From: Octopus vulgaris
Lineage: Eukaryota
Direction: 5' to 3'
Assembly (NCBI GenBank): GCA_951406725.2
Contig: OX597815.1
Span: forward strand, 74,958,001 to 75,022,000
DNA length: 64,000 nucleotides
This document shows positions 1 through 13,730 of the stretch, piece by piece; the first letter of the stretch is position 1, and every line of letters begins with the position of its first letter. Below the pieces are notes generated by a model. The model was not told the DNA's origin, made no database searches, and worked only from the letters and a program-made list of their open reading frames with translations. The translations under genes were made by a program, and so were the position numbers.

Positions 1-2
1 TG

Positions 3-49
<47 letters not shown>

Positions 50-1149
50 GTCTTTATGTGTGTGTGTATATATATATCATTGAAAAAGATGATGGAAGGT
101 TGTGCCTCTTACTGTGCACTTATGAACCTCACAAACTATAGACTATAGTCGACTGACTGACTTTTTTTTAGTTCAGCCATTTGTTCACATTGATTTGTGG
201 CTGTAAACTTTCATAGAATTAGGATGTGTTACATGACGAGAAATTTTTTTATTGATCTATGAAATGTTATGAAGTAAATATTTAATATTTTAATTAAAAT
301 GCAAGCTGTTTTCTATAATTATTATTTAACTAAAAGTGCAACAGAGGCAAAATGGTTGACCTTGTAGTGGATTGTTTGCTCACATACTCTTAGTTCAAAT
401 GGGTGCTGACATGGCTATGTGGTTAAAATGTTTGCTTCCCAACTACCTGGTTTCTCTTAGGATTCCAGACTACTCTATGACACCTTGGAAAATGTATCTT
501 CTACCATTGACCAGGGGTTGGCCATAGTTTTGCATGTCAAATTTGTTTGATAAAAACTATATAGAAACCTGTTGATGAAATTATTTCTGTTTTGGGGGTG
601 GCAAACTAAAACTGACCATCTTTAACACCATCACCTCATTGATGGGTGTCATTAACAGACTGATCTGTTATTAACATTTGAATTAGCTTTCATCATAACC
701 AGCATTGTAGCAAACTGTTTAATTGTAGATTCCATCCATTTCTTTTCTCCTGGAGTAACAGCGTCCTGTCAGATTGCATTATTGTAGCATGTCCCTATTA
801 ATTCTACTTGCAGAATTTTGCTTTGTCCTCTGCACTCTTTCTTCATATTGTGTGAGGGAACTGTAATGCAGGGGAATAAGAAACAACTTGCCTGCCTCCT
901 CATTGTTTTGCCATCCAGCTGTACTCAATCCAAAACTTGTGCCCAGCCTGCGCATCCCTGTTAGTGCCCATCCCTATCAGCTCACTTGCCTTACATCCAT
1001 TTGTCATGAGCACCCAAGGCAAAAGAGAGCTGACCCCTGGTCTTCCTTCCCTCACTTCTCTCACCCTTCCTGTTCTGGTCAAGCTGCTTGACTGTTGTCA
1101 TCATAGCCCTTTCCTTCCAGCTCATCTCAACCCCATGCTTCTATACAAA

Positions 1150-3060
1150 ATTAACCAGCTTGCCATCAATGTCCACTTCAGTACAAATGTTAGCACCCTT
1201 TATTCCTTCCTTCTGCACTCAAGCATCTCAACATGCAACTGAGACACCTCACACAAAATGTGTGCTGACCACTCCATGAACAGTAACTTTAAAAACATCT
1301 TCCACTGGGGTCATACCAATCTTGTTTCTTTCAATAGCATAAAAACACAATTACTACATACCTCAAGAAAACATTATCCCACATCCACCCTTTTAAACTT
1401 CAAGTCTCACCATCTGAAAATATCACCCCACTCTCAACATCTGAGTGGCATTCACCAAACAACACAACTCTTGCAAGGCCACTGTTTGTACTGTAAAAAA
1501 GCCTTCATGTACTGCATGGCACTCAGGCTTTCTCACCTTTCAAACTCCTCCAAATCTATCACCGTCCATCTCATCAAGCTCCATACCATACACGTTCCTA
1601 CATCAATTATGAATATCTTGGTTGCTTCAAACCAATGAAACAACTGGTTCTAAGAATGTCTCTTCCATTACACTCAGATATTGCCTCTATATTCTTCAAA
1701 CTTTTCAGTCTGTTACTATGAAGATGTGCTGGCCTTTGGAAACACATTTTAATGTGTCTAGTTCTCATGAAAAATAAACCTTCTCAGCCAAATATTGTCC
1801 TATGGTAGTCACTTCTAAAATCTCCAAGATAATGGAGACAATCCTTTACAATGATGTTGTCCTCTCTCTCTCTCTCTCCTTATTGACCATCTGTATGGAT
1901 TCCATAGAGCCAGGTCCATTGGGACCTATTATCTCATGTTGCTTACCAGTAAGCTTTAACTTTAGAGAAGTTCATTAAAAGCTTTGCCGTCACCCCGCAG
2001 CATGGCAAAATCTACAACAATGTATCAGTAGTTGGATTGGTAGCTTCCTATCCATCTAAGAATGTATTGACAGAGCTCTTTCAATTAATTCTGGTGTACC
2101 CCAGGGTTTTGTTTTCTTCCCTATTCTTTTTCTTCTATAAATCAATGATCACTTCCTTGCCATTATGTCCACCCTTGTACACTTTTGTACAGATGATATG
2201 ATCCTTCATTCCTTCTTAGCCTATACCAAGCATGTTCCCCATCTACAATCTAGACACCACATTTCAAACCTGCACTGATTCCTTGAACAAACTCTTGAAG
2301 ACATCCTCCAGTAAGACCTTGTCGGTATTGACTCTTTTAATGGCAAAAAGCTCAAGCATTATAAATTTCAAGAAAATGCTATCACACCCATCCAAACATA
2401 AGCAGCACTCATCTAGAACCCTGACTGTTGCTCCAAATGCTAGGCTCCAAAGTTACTTAGGACCTCATATGGCAAACCATATCCTTAACTTGGCAAGGAC
2501 TGTATCCCAAAGACTGGCCCTACTTTTCAGGGCCAGAGAATATTTCAACACCCAACATTTGCTGTTACCATACAAAGCTTTCTACAATGGAATATTGATC
2601 CCATCCCCACCTGAGACAGTGATGCTGCTACACACATTTCGTCTAGAGAAAACCACTCCATTGTCTGGTATAAAATCACCCACAGACTCACTTCCACCCC
2701 TCTTTTATAAATGTGCTGTCACCTCCCATTACTTTTTTTAATGTTGCTATAATGACCTCAGTTTCTCAGAGTTGGTTAGTTTTGTATCACTCAGGGGCGA
2801 AGGTAAAGAATACGCACACCCGGTGTTTAAGGTTAGGGTTACGCCAAAAACAGGTGGTGTGTGTATTCTTTACCTCAGCTCCACTTGGCTACTCTCAATC
2901 CACTCAAATCTCCTCTTCTTATGATCCTTGTTGTGTCCAAAACCCTGCACTAATCACGATACTCAGTTCGTTCTCTTCAGAATTTCGTCCATCTGGAATT
3001 CCCTTATTGCTTATGTCTTTTCATAAGTGTCGATATGCAATAGTTTACACAAAAATATTA
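1150..3060 (+). mobile_element. Decayed non-LTR retrotransposon (CR1/L2/Jockey-type RT)
   Basis: About 2085-2200 reads INSGVPQG..FPILF..IND...CTDD (GVPQG and YADD-like RT motifs); many stops and frameshifts. Confidence 0.7.
2794..2882. mobile_element. Mini foldback/MITE-like element with TTAGGG in the loop
   Basis: GGGGCGAAGGTAAAGAATACGCACACC ... GGTGTGTGTATTCTTTACCTCAGCTCC inverted arms (~27 bp) around TTAAGGTTAGGGTTA. Confidence 0.65.
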
Positions 3061-3159
3061 ATTGTATCAATATCACCGGCCTCATAGAAATGGGTATTAC
3101 TCTTCCTACAGACTAACAATTGAAAAAAAAAACACTATCCATTAGTTCACTTTCACTTC

Positions 3160-3392
3160 TATACTCTTCCGCCGGGTCCGGGTAAACATACTTTCAGGAA
3201 GGTATACACTTTTCCCATAGACATTGCGACAAAGCCGATACTAATTTGTCAGTCTAAATATAGCTTTGAATTTCCGGAAGTATGTCTGGCAAGTTACCCT
3301 GGGAATGTAATTAGTTTGCCGCGTGCTTTTATGTTGCTTTTTCGCGAGGAAGTCAATATATGTTTTTGTAAAGAATAAACTTTGAAAGAATT
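3160..3392 (+). promoter_or_regulatory. Putative TATA-less GALT promoter/5'UTR
   Basis: Local CpG enrichment in otherwise CpG-poor DNA; ETS-type motif CCGGAAGT at 3274-3281 and GAGGAAGT near 3346; directly precedes the ATG at 3393. Confidence 0.55.
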
Positions 3393-3414
3393 ATGGAAAC
3401 ATTTGATCCCAATG
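3393..3414 (+). CDS. GALT: GALT coding exon 1 (METFDPN + first base of Asp)
   Basis: ATGGAAACATTTGATCCCAATG followed by donor GTCAGT at 3415. A phase-1 join to exon 2 gives [17 protein letters not shown], matching the GalT N-terminus (E. coli MTQFNPVDHPHRRYNPL). Lies right after a CpG-enriched promoter-like patch. Confidence 0.85.
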
Positions 3415-4264
3415 GTCAGTATCTTCGTAGTTATTTTGCAATTATATTATTAATAAAGTAGTCTTTGAAAACACATTAATCTTGACGAAGAAAAAAAGTC
3501 ACATAATTATATCTTCGTGGTATTGTCTGACATTGTCTTAGCTTATATTTATATTTATAACTGTAATATTTTATGCCTAAATGCATCGTCGAGAAGTACG
3601 CGGTCTGAAGTAGCTTAAAATAAAACAAGAACATTGTATTTATTTTATTTTATTTCTCTCTCTGGGAGGGACAGATAAAAAGGGGCATTATAAATTAGAC
3701 TAGATAGGGTATAATTACAGGTGCTCTTCCCCCGCCTTTATTTTCTAATAACTTACTGGGAAATGCTTATTTCTTTAAAGTAAATTTTACGAAGATAGGT
3801 TTTCAAGTGTGTAAATTTGAGAATATGTCGGTAATATTTTTTGTTGATGAATTTCAGGTCATTTTCTTTCCCTATCTCGGCCTTCTTTCCTTTAACTTTC
3901 TTTAAAATACATAGTTTAAAATGTGATTTTGTAGAAATCCATTATCGAAAAAGCACTTCGCGTTATGTGAAGTTTTTAATATAAATCCGAATAAAAAAAA
4001 AATTAAGAAATGCTAATGTTACAAAATTGGTTATGGAATCGAGGCCGGGAGAGGAATGATCTAACTCTCTATCCTGTATTTTTTTTTCTAAATCTTATCA
4101 ACATAATCGTAATCTACATAATCGCAAACATATTTTCGAAATTTCATCAAAAATAGGTTTAATTTTCAGAAAGTAATGAGGATCCAAAGTTGGGGGCACT
4201 AAACTGTAGTTATGCCCCAGGTAGCTTAATCTCTTTGTCTTTGTCTGTCTCCTCTCTTCTCACT

Positions 4265-4311
<47 letters not shown>

Positions 4312-4779
4312 CAGTCTCTAGCTATGTCTGCCTGTAAGTGTAGTAAAGTATATTCATATAGTGCTAACACCTGATATGCAATTTGATATATCAGGTTGAG
4401 TGGATACACTTATTTATGCAAAGCTGGAAGCCTACTGTAAAATTCGCCCTAGGCAGGGCTGTTCATGACTGAAAGCAGGAAAGATATGTTTGAGTACATA
4501 TACAACAAAATGTTTGTTTATATGCATGACACAAATTCAAGACTAGGCTGTCACGTTTTTGCACTTTAAACATTTAAATGGCTCCGAGGAAATGTTGCAT
4601 GAGCACTCAGCTATTGGATGCACACTTGCGTGGAGCAGAAAAACCTGTAGGCTAAGAAAGTGATTATAGTCCATGAGCCACGTCAGCTAATGGTACCATC
4701 TGGTTTGAATACACCTAAGTGGTATTAAAATGTTTATAGGGTCACTATGTGATAACTCTTTCAGCTCGGTAGCTTTTTT

Positions 4780-7715
4780 TTTTTCAGATTTATGAAATTT
4801 CACCAATGTTCATACTGAAGTACTTTTGCGCATGATGACTACAACACATAACATTATTCACACATCTAGCAGAAATTAGAATGACAAGAAGAAGCTCCTT
4901 GTATACCCAAACAGTCTTTCCATGGATAATCTTGTCAAAAAACACCACAGACTGGATCAGTAGCTGCAAGAATTAAAGACAATTCTGTCTGAAGATTCTC
5001 TAGTCAAAGCAGCAGTGCAGCTAAGACAGCAGATAAAGAAACAAGACTTCAGTCAAACATGGCTACCAAGCACCGAGCAAAATGCCATTCCCAACACTGT
5101 TACCAAATTTCTCTATTCCTTGCTGACTGGGGAAAATGAGTGTACAAATCCCTCAGAAAGGGTCAAGTGTCTTGTTACTTCTTTTGGAAGTGACCTGCTG
5201 TTTGCTGTTACCTGTGGCAAAACAAAGCCACCAAAGCATATACTTCTACCATATGCTATGAAGTCTCTTACAGGAAACACTGAACTGATATGGATACTGA
5301 ATCACTTTGGACACAGTCTTACTCACAGCTTGAAAAGATAGATACAGTCCTTTGCATCCAGAAGCTGGAAGTTTCAGAAAATGGCACACCACTGCCCGTA
5401 AACATGTGCCCAGGTGTATTCACAATTGTGGCTTGGGACAATATTGACTGCCTTGAATATACTCTTAGTGGTGGAGGCACCTCCCACAGGGTCAACGGCA
5501 TCGCTTCCCAGCCTAGAGTTTCAGGGCCCATGCTACAGAGTGTTGTATCTGTAGTTACCAAGTCCAAGAAAAGAAGCATTAGTCCTTCTCCATTGCTGCT
5601 ACTGATCTATAATGTTGGGCAGTGAGCTGGACCACCCAAGACTGAGACACTAGAAATCAACAGTGACCAACAGGTCAAAAATGCAAAAAGGAAGAACTAT
5701 GTTTGAATTTTGACTCAAATGTCTGACTCAGGGAACCAGACAACAAGCAGCTGGACATGATTCAACATCAAGATCCATATTGATGTCACAGTTGTCCAGG
5801 ACACTGTATGCCAAGGCAGCTGAAATAGTGAAGGAAAAAGACAAGTATGGGAACATGATCATCAGAATGGGAATTTACCACACAATTAGCAACTTTCTTT
5901 CTATCATTGGCAAGCAGTTTCAAGATGCAGGGATCAGGGATATGTGTGTTGAATCAGGTATCACTGCAGATGGATCAGTGGCTGAGATCATGGAAGGTCA
6001 CAAGTACAACTGTGCAATCACAGTACACAAGTTCATGTATAAAGCATTAATGAGGCTTGCCTGGAAAGGGTTTCTCCCATGGATAGAGGACAGTCATGCA
6101 GAAGATGTGCCTCACCTAGCAGAAACATTGAAGGCCATAGGCTACTTTCAAAGCAGTGTCAGCCAGATGTACTTCAAGAAGTTCTTGGAAATGAGACTTG
6201 CACAAGGATCTTGGAGCTGTTTCAAACCTACCTTGAATCTCTTAGATGCATGTACAGTCTGTCGGCTTTCTGGATGTCATACATAGACATGGTGGTGATC
6301 AAGCTTGGCCTAATACAAGCTTCCAGAGAAGGCGACTGGATCCTCCATCTTGCCTCCATCCGAAAGATGATCCCATGGTGTTTTGCCTATGACAAGGTGA
6401 ACTATGCTTGATTCCTGACCTACTACTATGCAATGATGTCTCGACTCCACATAGAACATCCTGAAGTCCATGCACACTTCATGAATGGTAGTTTCACAGT
6501 CCAGATTGCAGAACAAAATCCATTTGGACGTATACCAGTGGACCAAATAATTGAAGAGACAGTTAACAAGGACACCCAAACTCCTGGTGGCATGAAAGGA
6601 TTCAGTCTAAAAGCTGGAGCAGTGGCTAGGTTCTTTTTAACCTCAGAGTATCACAGCTCATACTTGTGGCAACTGAGAGATATGAGAAATGGAGGAAAAC
6701 ACAAGCCCTTGAACCACCCTGACCTCAGTCAGTCAAGGATCAAGAAAGATGAAGCGGATATCCAATCCCCGGAAACTTTTTTGGACATCAGAAAGGAACC
6801 ATGCACTCAAGAGCATGCCATGGATGTGGTTTTCAAGCTGACTGGGACTTATTTGGTCGCATTATCCTTGTAGCATAAAGTTAGATATAGCTGATGTACT
6901 GGCTCACCCTTTGGGCTCTCTACCATTTGCATTTGCCCATGGTGATGGAACTTTTCGTAAGACCAACAAAGCATCCCTAGCTAGAGAGTTGGAAAAGAAT
7001 GTTGCCCCATCAGAAATTCTTCTAAGTTCATCAGTAACAGTTATTAATGAGATGAGCTTGGTCCAAAAACTGAAAGGAAGTGACAAGACCTCGCAGATAT
7101 CAGACTCATTGATGACCCACATTCTCCACGAAGGAGCCCACAGTCATTGTCTTGATGTTGCCTTTGATTATTACAAGGAAACATCCATAAAATTGCAGTA
7201 AAGATTAACAGCGGATCAGAAATAGGAATCCAATTTAGGAGCATAGCATCTGGATATACTATCCAGCAGTGGTGTAAGTTGCTCAGCAGCCCTCCCAACA
7301 AAGCAAGTCTGATAAAGTTCCTGGGCAAAACTGGGGGACAAAGATCTTTTTGTAACGTGATGAACCTCTGCTTCAAGATCGTGACAGACAGGTGAGAGGA
7401 GGTCTCTGAATTAAAGTCATCACCAGAAGAAGGTGACATACAACTCCTGCTCCACACACTTCATGCAGCTGAGTCAGACAGCACAGCTGTTGTTATCAGT
7501 GCTGTGAATACTAATGTACTGATTTTGTACCTGGGGTTCTGTAGCAAAATCTTGTGCTCCCTGTACAAGAAGTGTTGTAAAAAGAAAAGAACATGATTCC
7601 TTGACATTATGAAAATGAGTTATGCACTGAGAAGTGGCGTCTCTGATGCTTTGATTAGCGTACCTGTCTTCACAGGCTGTGATAGTCAGTGCCTTTGCTG
7701 GCTGTGGAAAGCTGA
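4780..7715 (+). mobile_element. Decayed Academ-like DNA transposon (transposase + XPG/FEN-like nuclease domain)
   Basis: Frameshifted pieces read WDNID, RMGIYHT..FLSIIGK, REGDWILHLASIRKMIPWCFAYDKVNYA, FGRIPVDQIIEETVNKDTQTPGG, then EEGDIQLLLH...VISAVNTNV...FTGCDS.SAFAG.GK (XPG-like H2TH). This domain order matches Academ elements as I recall them; termini not identified. Confidence 0.7.
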
Positions 7716-7789
7716 CAACGTATATGTATGTATATGCATATATGTATGTATATATATGCATGTATATGTATATATGTTTCGTCACATGA

Positions 7790-8300
7790 TCCTTGTACCA
7801 TTCTCTGAGCCTTCCGGCAACTCCAGTCCACAGTCCAACCCCTCCACTTCACACATCTTCTCTAACTGACCCCTTCTCCTTCAAACGAACCCACAACCTA
7901 CGAGACCTCTTGGTTCACAGCTTCTTCCCTAACCCAGCCTCCCAACCTGGCTCATTCCCCTGCTCCTGCCCATGCTGCTGCACTTGTCCTTACCTCTCCA
8001 ACACCACCCTCCTCTCCGGCACCCATCCTTGACCCTATCACATCACTGACTCCTTCACCTGCACTGCTACTAATATCATCTACTACATCTCCTGCTCTCT
8101 CTGCCCTTCTCTATACATCAGGCAAATGGGACGCCGCTTGGCTGACCGGTTCGCAGAACACCTCCGAGACATCTGACTCAGCAATGACACCCCGGTTTCG
8201 CACCATTTCTGCTCTACTGGAACACCTGTCCGTGTTCGGATTGTCCTTGCACAAGTGCTATCTGGACTCCCGTTTGCGCCATGAATGGGGATTAATCTTT
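7790..8300 (+). mobile_element. Penelope-like element fragment (GIY-YIG endonuclease)
   Basis: From ~8050: SFTCTATNIIYYISCSLCPSLYIRQMGRRLADRFAEHLRDI*..DTPVSHHF, preceded by a CxxPxCxxC motif. Confidence 0.75.
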
Positions 8301-8904
8301 TCTCTTTGCTCCTTTGCACCACATGGGCTCAACTCTCCTCCCTTCTTCATCTAACCTCCTCCCCTCGCCCCTTTCCTCTCTTGCTCCGACTCCTCTTCAC
8401 TCCTACCCATCTCCCCCTTTATTGTCACCCTTCTCTTGTAAGCCCACCCCACCCCTACATATCCCCCCTTCCCTATCCTCCATCCCACCCACTTCTACAT
8501 ATCCTACCCTCTGCCTACCCACATACCCCACCTCTACCACCACCCTCAGCCTAACCCACACCCCACCCTTGCTTTCCCCACTCTTACCTCCTAACACCAT
8601 CACACCACACCACAAACCACTACACCTTACACCACCATACCACACAACACATCATATCATGACACACCATCATGTACACATCAGCACTGACCACTTCCCA
8701 GACCCACATTTTCACACCTATGCATACCCATGCACACATCAAGATCACCAGCCTTCTACACACACATACAAACTCTCTTATTCACACACACACGCACCTT
8801 CATTTTGGGATCACCACTATTTTATTATCTCCCCTTCTGTGTGACCCTTCTGTCCGGCATTTGCCATGATAGATTGCTAGCCATTACACATTCTTTATTT
8901 TCTT

Positions 8905-9750
8905 CCCTACCTCTACTGGTGACAAAGGGCCCCTCGCTCAGAGTGAAAGGCAGATTGTACAATGCATGTGTACGAACTGCCATGCTTCACGGCAGTAAAA
9001 CATGGGCTGTGACTACTGAAGACTTGCATAGGCTTGAAAGAAATGAAGCTAGTATGATATGCTGGATGTGTAATGTCAGGGTGTACACATGACAGAGTGT
9101 AAGTACCCTGGGAGAAATGTTGGACATAAGAAGCATCAGATGTGGCATGCAAGAGAGACAACTGCGCTAGTATGGTCATGTACTATGTATGAATGAGGAG
9201 AGCTGTGTGAAGAAGTGTCACTTCCAAATAGTGGAAGGAATCTGTAGTAGAGGGAGACCCAGGAAGACATGAGATGTGGTAGTGAAGCATGACCTTCGAA
9301 CATCGGGCCTCACAGAGGCAATGACGGAAGACCAAGACCTCTGGAGATATGGTGTGACTGAGAAGATCTGGCAAGTAAAGTGAGATCACAACCATAGCCT
9401 ACACCAGTGTCACATAACCAGCCCACTGAAAAAAAAGTATCTTTGGATCATCGGGCGACATGCCATGCTTGAGGAGACCTATTGAGTCAAGTAAATCAAA
9501 ATCAAATCAAATCACAATCAAATAGAAATTGTAGTTGTGGCTGATGCCAGTGCTGCCTGACTGGCTCCCATGCTGGTGGCACATAAAAAGACCCACTACA
9601 CTCGGAGTGGTTAGCGTTAGGAAGGGCATCCAGCTGTAGAAGCATTGCCAGATCTGATTGGAGCCTGGTGCAGCCTCATGGCTTGCCAATCCTCAGTCAA
9701 ACTGTCCAACCCATGCCATCATGGAAAACAGACGTTAAATGATGATGATA
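8905..9750 (+). mobile_element. 5'-truncated RTE-clade LINE (RT C-terminus, 3'UTR, (GAT)n tail)
   Basis: LPLLVTKGPSLRVKGRLYNACVRTAMLHGSKTW...LERNEASMICWMC..GRPRKT; followed by the GGAAGGGCATCCAGCTGTAGAA 3' module and GATGATGAT. Confidence 0.8.
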
Positions 9751-12514
9751 TATATATCTATGTATGTATTTATATATATATATATATGTGCATATATCTA
9801 AATATATATATATATGTGTGGGGACACACACACGTATATATGGTAAGACAGATTACATGCCTAATTGTGTATGCATATAGTGTAAAAGTGTAGGTATTTA
9901 AGCAATGGTTGAAATGCTTTTGTTCATTGATTTAATCAAAATTAGCTAAGGGGCTAAAAGAACAAAACCTAATACTAAATCTTCCCCCGCCTACACAAAA
10001 ATTGTAAGGTAACAAAACAGTTATCCTGTCCCAATAGATCACCAGCTTTCATGTTGGCCCTCAAAATTCTATCTTATTTCTTTAACTGTTTTGATGTCTG
10101 GTTTAAAAACTGGCTGGTGTGACATAAGAAATTTGGTCTTAATTACACTCTTTCAATTGTTTTTTTTAAAAAATTTCTTTTTAAGAAATCTTCTATTGCC
10201 TTTAGGTGGGTGTAAAGCTATATATAAAATCCAAATTGGATTGGCATCTTATTCTTCCTTTGATATTATGTTTTCTAACAGAACGTATATTTTCTAATAT
10301 TTAAAATTTTTTTGACCAAAGGGAGCACCAGTTGCTATCCTTTTAATGATCATCAGTAATATTAATACACTTTGTTTTGTTTGTTTTTGTACATATCTGT
10401 GGTATGTGTCACACTTCAAAGGAAGGAGTGAGTTGCAAAGCAAGAGAGAGGACAGAGATGAAGTAAGACAGAGAGAGAGAGAGAGAGAGAGGAAGAGACA
10501 ATGGGTGGTGTTGGTGTTCGTTTTGTGTTTTTAAATGTTTTTAGTCATTAGGGTCACTATGGATGTTAATCTAGTCCTAACATTGGCATTTGTAGGTTTC
10601 ACAGATCTGGAGGCCTAGGCCCCAGATAAACACTGATGTGCAGACTTGTTATGAAACTGAGAGTGAGTCGAGGGTGAATACTTGACAGAATAGCAATTAT
10701 TTCAACTTAACTTTCACTGCCTATACTAAACACAACATTTTTGTCTTATGATATGGATCATTTCCTTTCCTTTTACATTTTTTAAAAATTGACACTGTTG
10801 GTTACGTCAACGAGGTTCCTGTTTATCTGACCAACGGAACAGTCTGCTTGTAAAATTAACACACAAGTGGCTGAGTATTCTACAGACATGCATACCATAA
10901 GGTAGTTCTCAGAGATATTCAGCCTCACACAGAATGTGACAAGGCTGGCCCCTTTGGATTAAGCTACAACTCATTTTTGCCAGCTGAGTGGATTGCACCA
11001 AGGTGAAGCAGAGTACCTTGCTCAAAAACACAGCATGCTGCAGGGAATTGTATTCATGACTTTATGATCATGGGCCAAATATCCCTAACTACTGAGCCAC
11101 ACACCTTCACTCTCTTAACCGCAGAGAAAAGGAGTGAAGCGACAGAGAAAGGAAAGCCTCAGGCATGTACAATGACAATTAGACTGAAATACGATCAATC
11201 TTTTCTAGCTTCTTTACATTTAGCAATGAAGAAGAGGGAAAGACATTTAATAATGAACAGAGGGAAAGTCTTTCAGGTGTTTACATTTTTATTCTGGGAG
11301 TTCTAGAATGATTGAGTGTTAGTTCCCTCTTCTTTCCCCCACTTCCAGTACTTATTTCTCCTTCTTTCATAGTTCTTCATGTCTTTCAGTTGGTGGGGAA
11401 ACACCATGTTTTTTTTTTCAGGCATGTTTAATGTTTTCTCTACAAACTACAAATAAACTCCACTTGCTTCCTTTTTTCTTCCATACAAAATCTAATGCAA
11501 ATTTTGAACAGGGTATAGCTATGAAAGGAGCCCAGAAAATTGGGTGATACCGCATACAAAATGGTTGGGGGAGAAAAGTTGCCAACAGGTGGCTATAGAA
11601 AATTCAGCTGTATACTTTAAAGAGTGTCTTCTACTATAGCCTCAGGACAACCAAAGCCTCGTGAGTGGATTTGGTAGATGGAAACTGAAGGAAGTCATTC
11701 ATATATATATATTTATGTGTGTGTTTGTTGCCCCACCACCATTGTTTAACAACTGATGTTAGTGTGTTTGCATCCCCATAACTTAGCTGTTCGACAGAAG
11801 AGTCTGATAGAATAAGCACCAGGCTTACAGGTAATTAATCCAGGGGTTGATTTCTTCAACTAAAGGGCAATGCTCCAGCATGGCCGCCGTCAAATGACTG
11901 AAACAAGTAAAAGAATAAAAGGATACCAGAAGAACGTTCCGTACCACTAAACCAAGAAGGTTCTTTGAATATGTGTGATGCATTTTAGGGCTAGATAGTA
12001 ATTCTGTTTATGTTTACGTAACTGAGATATTTTGGTTGGATTATTAGTTATCAGTTTTACACTTCTTTCTATATTCTGTAACTGTCACAATATAGAAACA
12101 TTTCTCATGGCACCAGCACATAATTTACAGATGCTTACATTTTTTAAAGATTTCCATGAATTTTTCACGGGTTCAGCTAGTTTTACATAATTTCTGCAGT
12201 TTTTAACTTTCATTTTACGACAATAATAGAGAGAGGACAATAATAGAGAGATTGTATTCAGAAATAGGTTATGTTAAAGTGTGCAATTAAAGGAAAAAAA
12301 AAAAATTTCAATTGATTTTTTTAGAATTTTTACTTTGTTATTTTCATTTTAGATCTTTCTTACAATTGCCTTGCATTGATTGCCACTGTTTCTGTTTTGC
12401 AACCATACTCTTCCTTGAACCGACTACGTGGAAAACAAAATCCTCTTTTATTCTTTGTAAATTTGAGATTTTACACATGTCATTGTAAGAAATTAAAAAC
12501 AACGATTTTGTTAA

Positions 12515-12735
12515 CCCTTTAGCATTTAAACCGGCTATACCTTACCCATGTATTCTACCTGTTTTACGTTCAATATAGCTCGAATCTGGCCTCTCACACC
12601 TACCCTACAATGTCACTCTAAAAAGAAACAATCACATCATTGGAATCTCAAAGCTACAAGATAATGCTTGATTAATTCAAAAGAATGTGAATCAATAAGC
12701 GTTACATTTGACAGAGTAATCAGAATGCTAAAGGG
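12515..12735. mobile_element. piggyBac-like MITE
   Basis: TTAA|CCCTTTAGCATT ... AATGCTAAAGGG|TTAA. Similar TTAA-CCC elements near 33650-33880, 42940-43090, 44410-44630 and 44810-45020. Confidence 0.75.
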
Positions 12736-12804
12736 TTAATATATTAACTCTTCATTTTGTTTTCAATTTTCCACTTCTTTCCTTCTTTCATTTTTATTTC
12801 TTTT

Positions 12805-13190
12805 CCTTTCATTCTTTTATTCTTTTACTTGTTTCAGTCACTTGACTGTGGCCATGCTGGAGCACCGTCTTGAGTGGGGTTTTAGTCAAACAAATCGATC
12901 CCAGTCCTTTTTTTTTAAAGTGTAGTACTTATTCTAGCTGTTTCTTTTGCTGAACCGCTAAGTTATGAGGACATAAACACACCAACACCAGTTGTCAAGT
13001 GGTGATGGGGGACAAACACAGACACACACATAGATATATACATATATATATACAATGGGCTTCTTTCAGTTTCTCTCTACCAAATCCACTCACAAGGCGT
13101 TGGTCAGCCTGAAGCTATAGAAGAAAACACTTGCCCAAGGGATTGAACCTGGAGCCATGTGGTTGGAAAGCAAGCTTCTTACACAGCCAC
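12805..13190 (-). mobile_element. tRNA-derived SINE with internal (TA/TG)n microsatellite (representative of many copies)
   Basis: Minus strand: TGGCTGTGT..AAGCTTGCTT..AACCACATGG..GGTTCAA head, GTGAGTGGATTTGGTAGA core, microsatellite, then GCTCCAGCATGGCC..CAGTC..ACTGAAACAAGTAAAAGAAT tail. Related copies at ~405-575, 11625-11925, 13480-13640, 13885-14330, 18080-18230, 20920-21050, 55970-56170 and 60415-60560. Confidence 0.8.
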
Positions 13191-13696
13191 AAATTTTTTT
13201 CTACTTCTTATTTCATATTTTATAAATGGACGATTGAATGTTAAAATTGCTTTGTTGCTGTTTGCACTGTTAAGGTCCTTATGAGATCCATATTCTAACA
13301 AATTTTGATATACTCCAAGATTCCCACCACCTCACGTTTTTCTTTCTCCGTATTATTCACCAACCACCTTCACTCTCCTTAACTAGATATTTTATGTGAG
13401 ACATGCACTTCTCCCTGAACAGAGAGACCTGGAAATCATTTACTATGAGACACATGACAACCTAGTCTTTTTCAATAGTGCAATGTGTCATTAAGTTTGG
13501 TTCCCAACTACATGGTTTCAGGTTCTGTTCCTCTGCATGGCACCTTGAGCAAATATCTTCTACTGTAGGTTCATCCAACTAAAGTGCCTTGTGAGTATAT
13601 TTGGTTGACAGAAACTGAAAGAAGCCCATTGTGTGTGTGTGTGTGGTATATATATATATATATATATATACATACATACACACACACACACATATG

Positions 13697-13730
<34 letters not shown>

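Noticed and set aside
8285-8870. Pro/His/Thr-rich ORFs
   Set aside because: Low-complexity C/A/T-skewed DNA trailing a Penelope fragment; stops are rare for compositional reasons.
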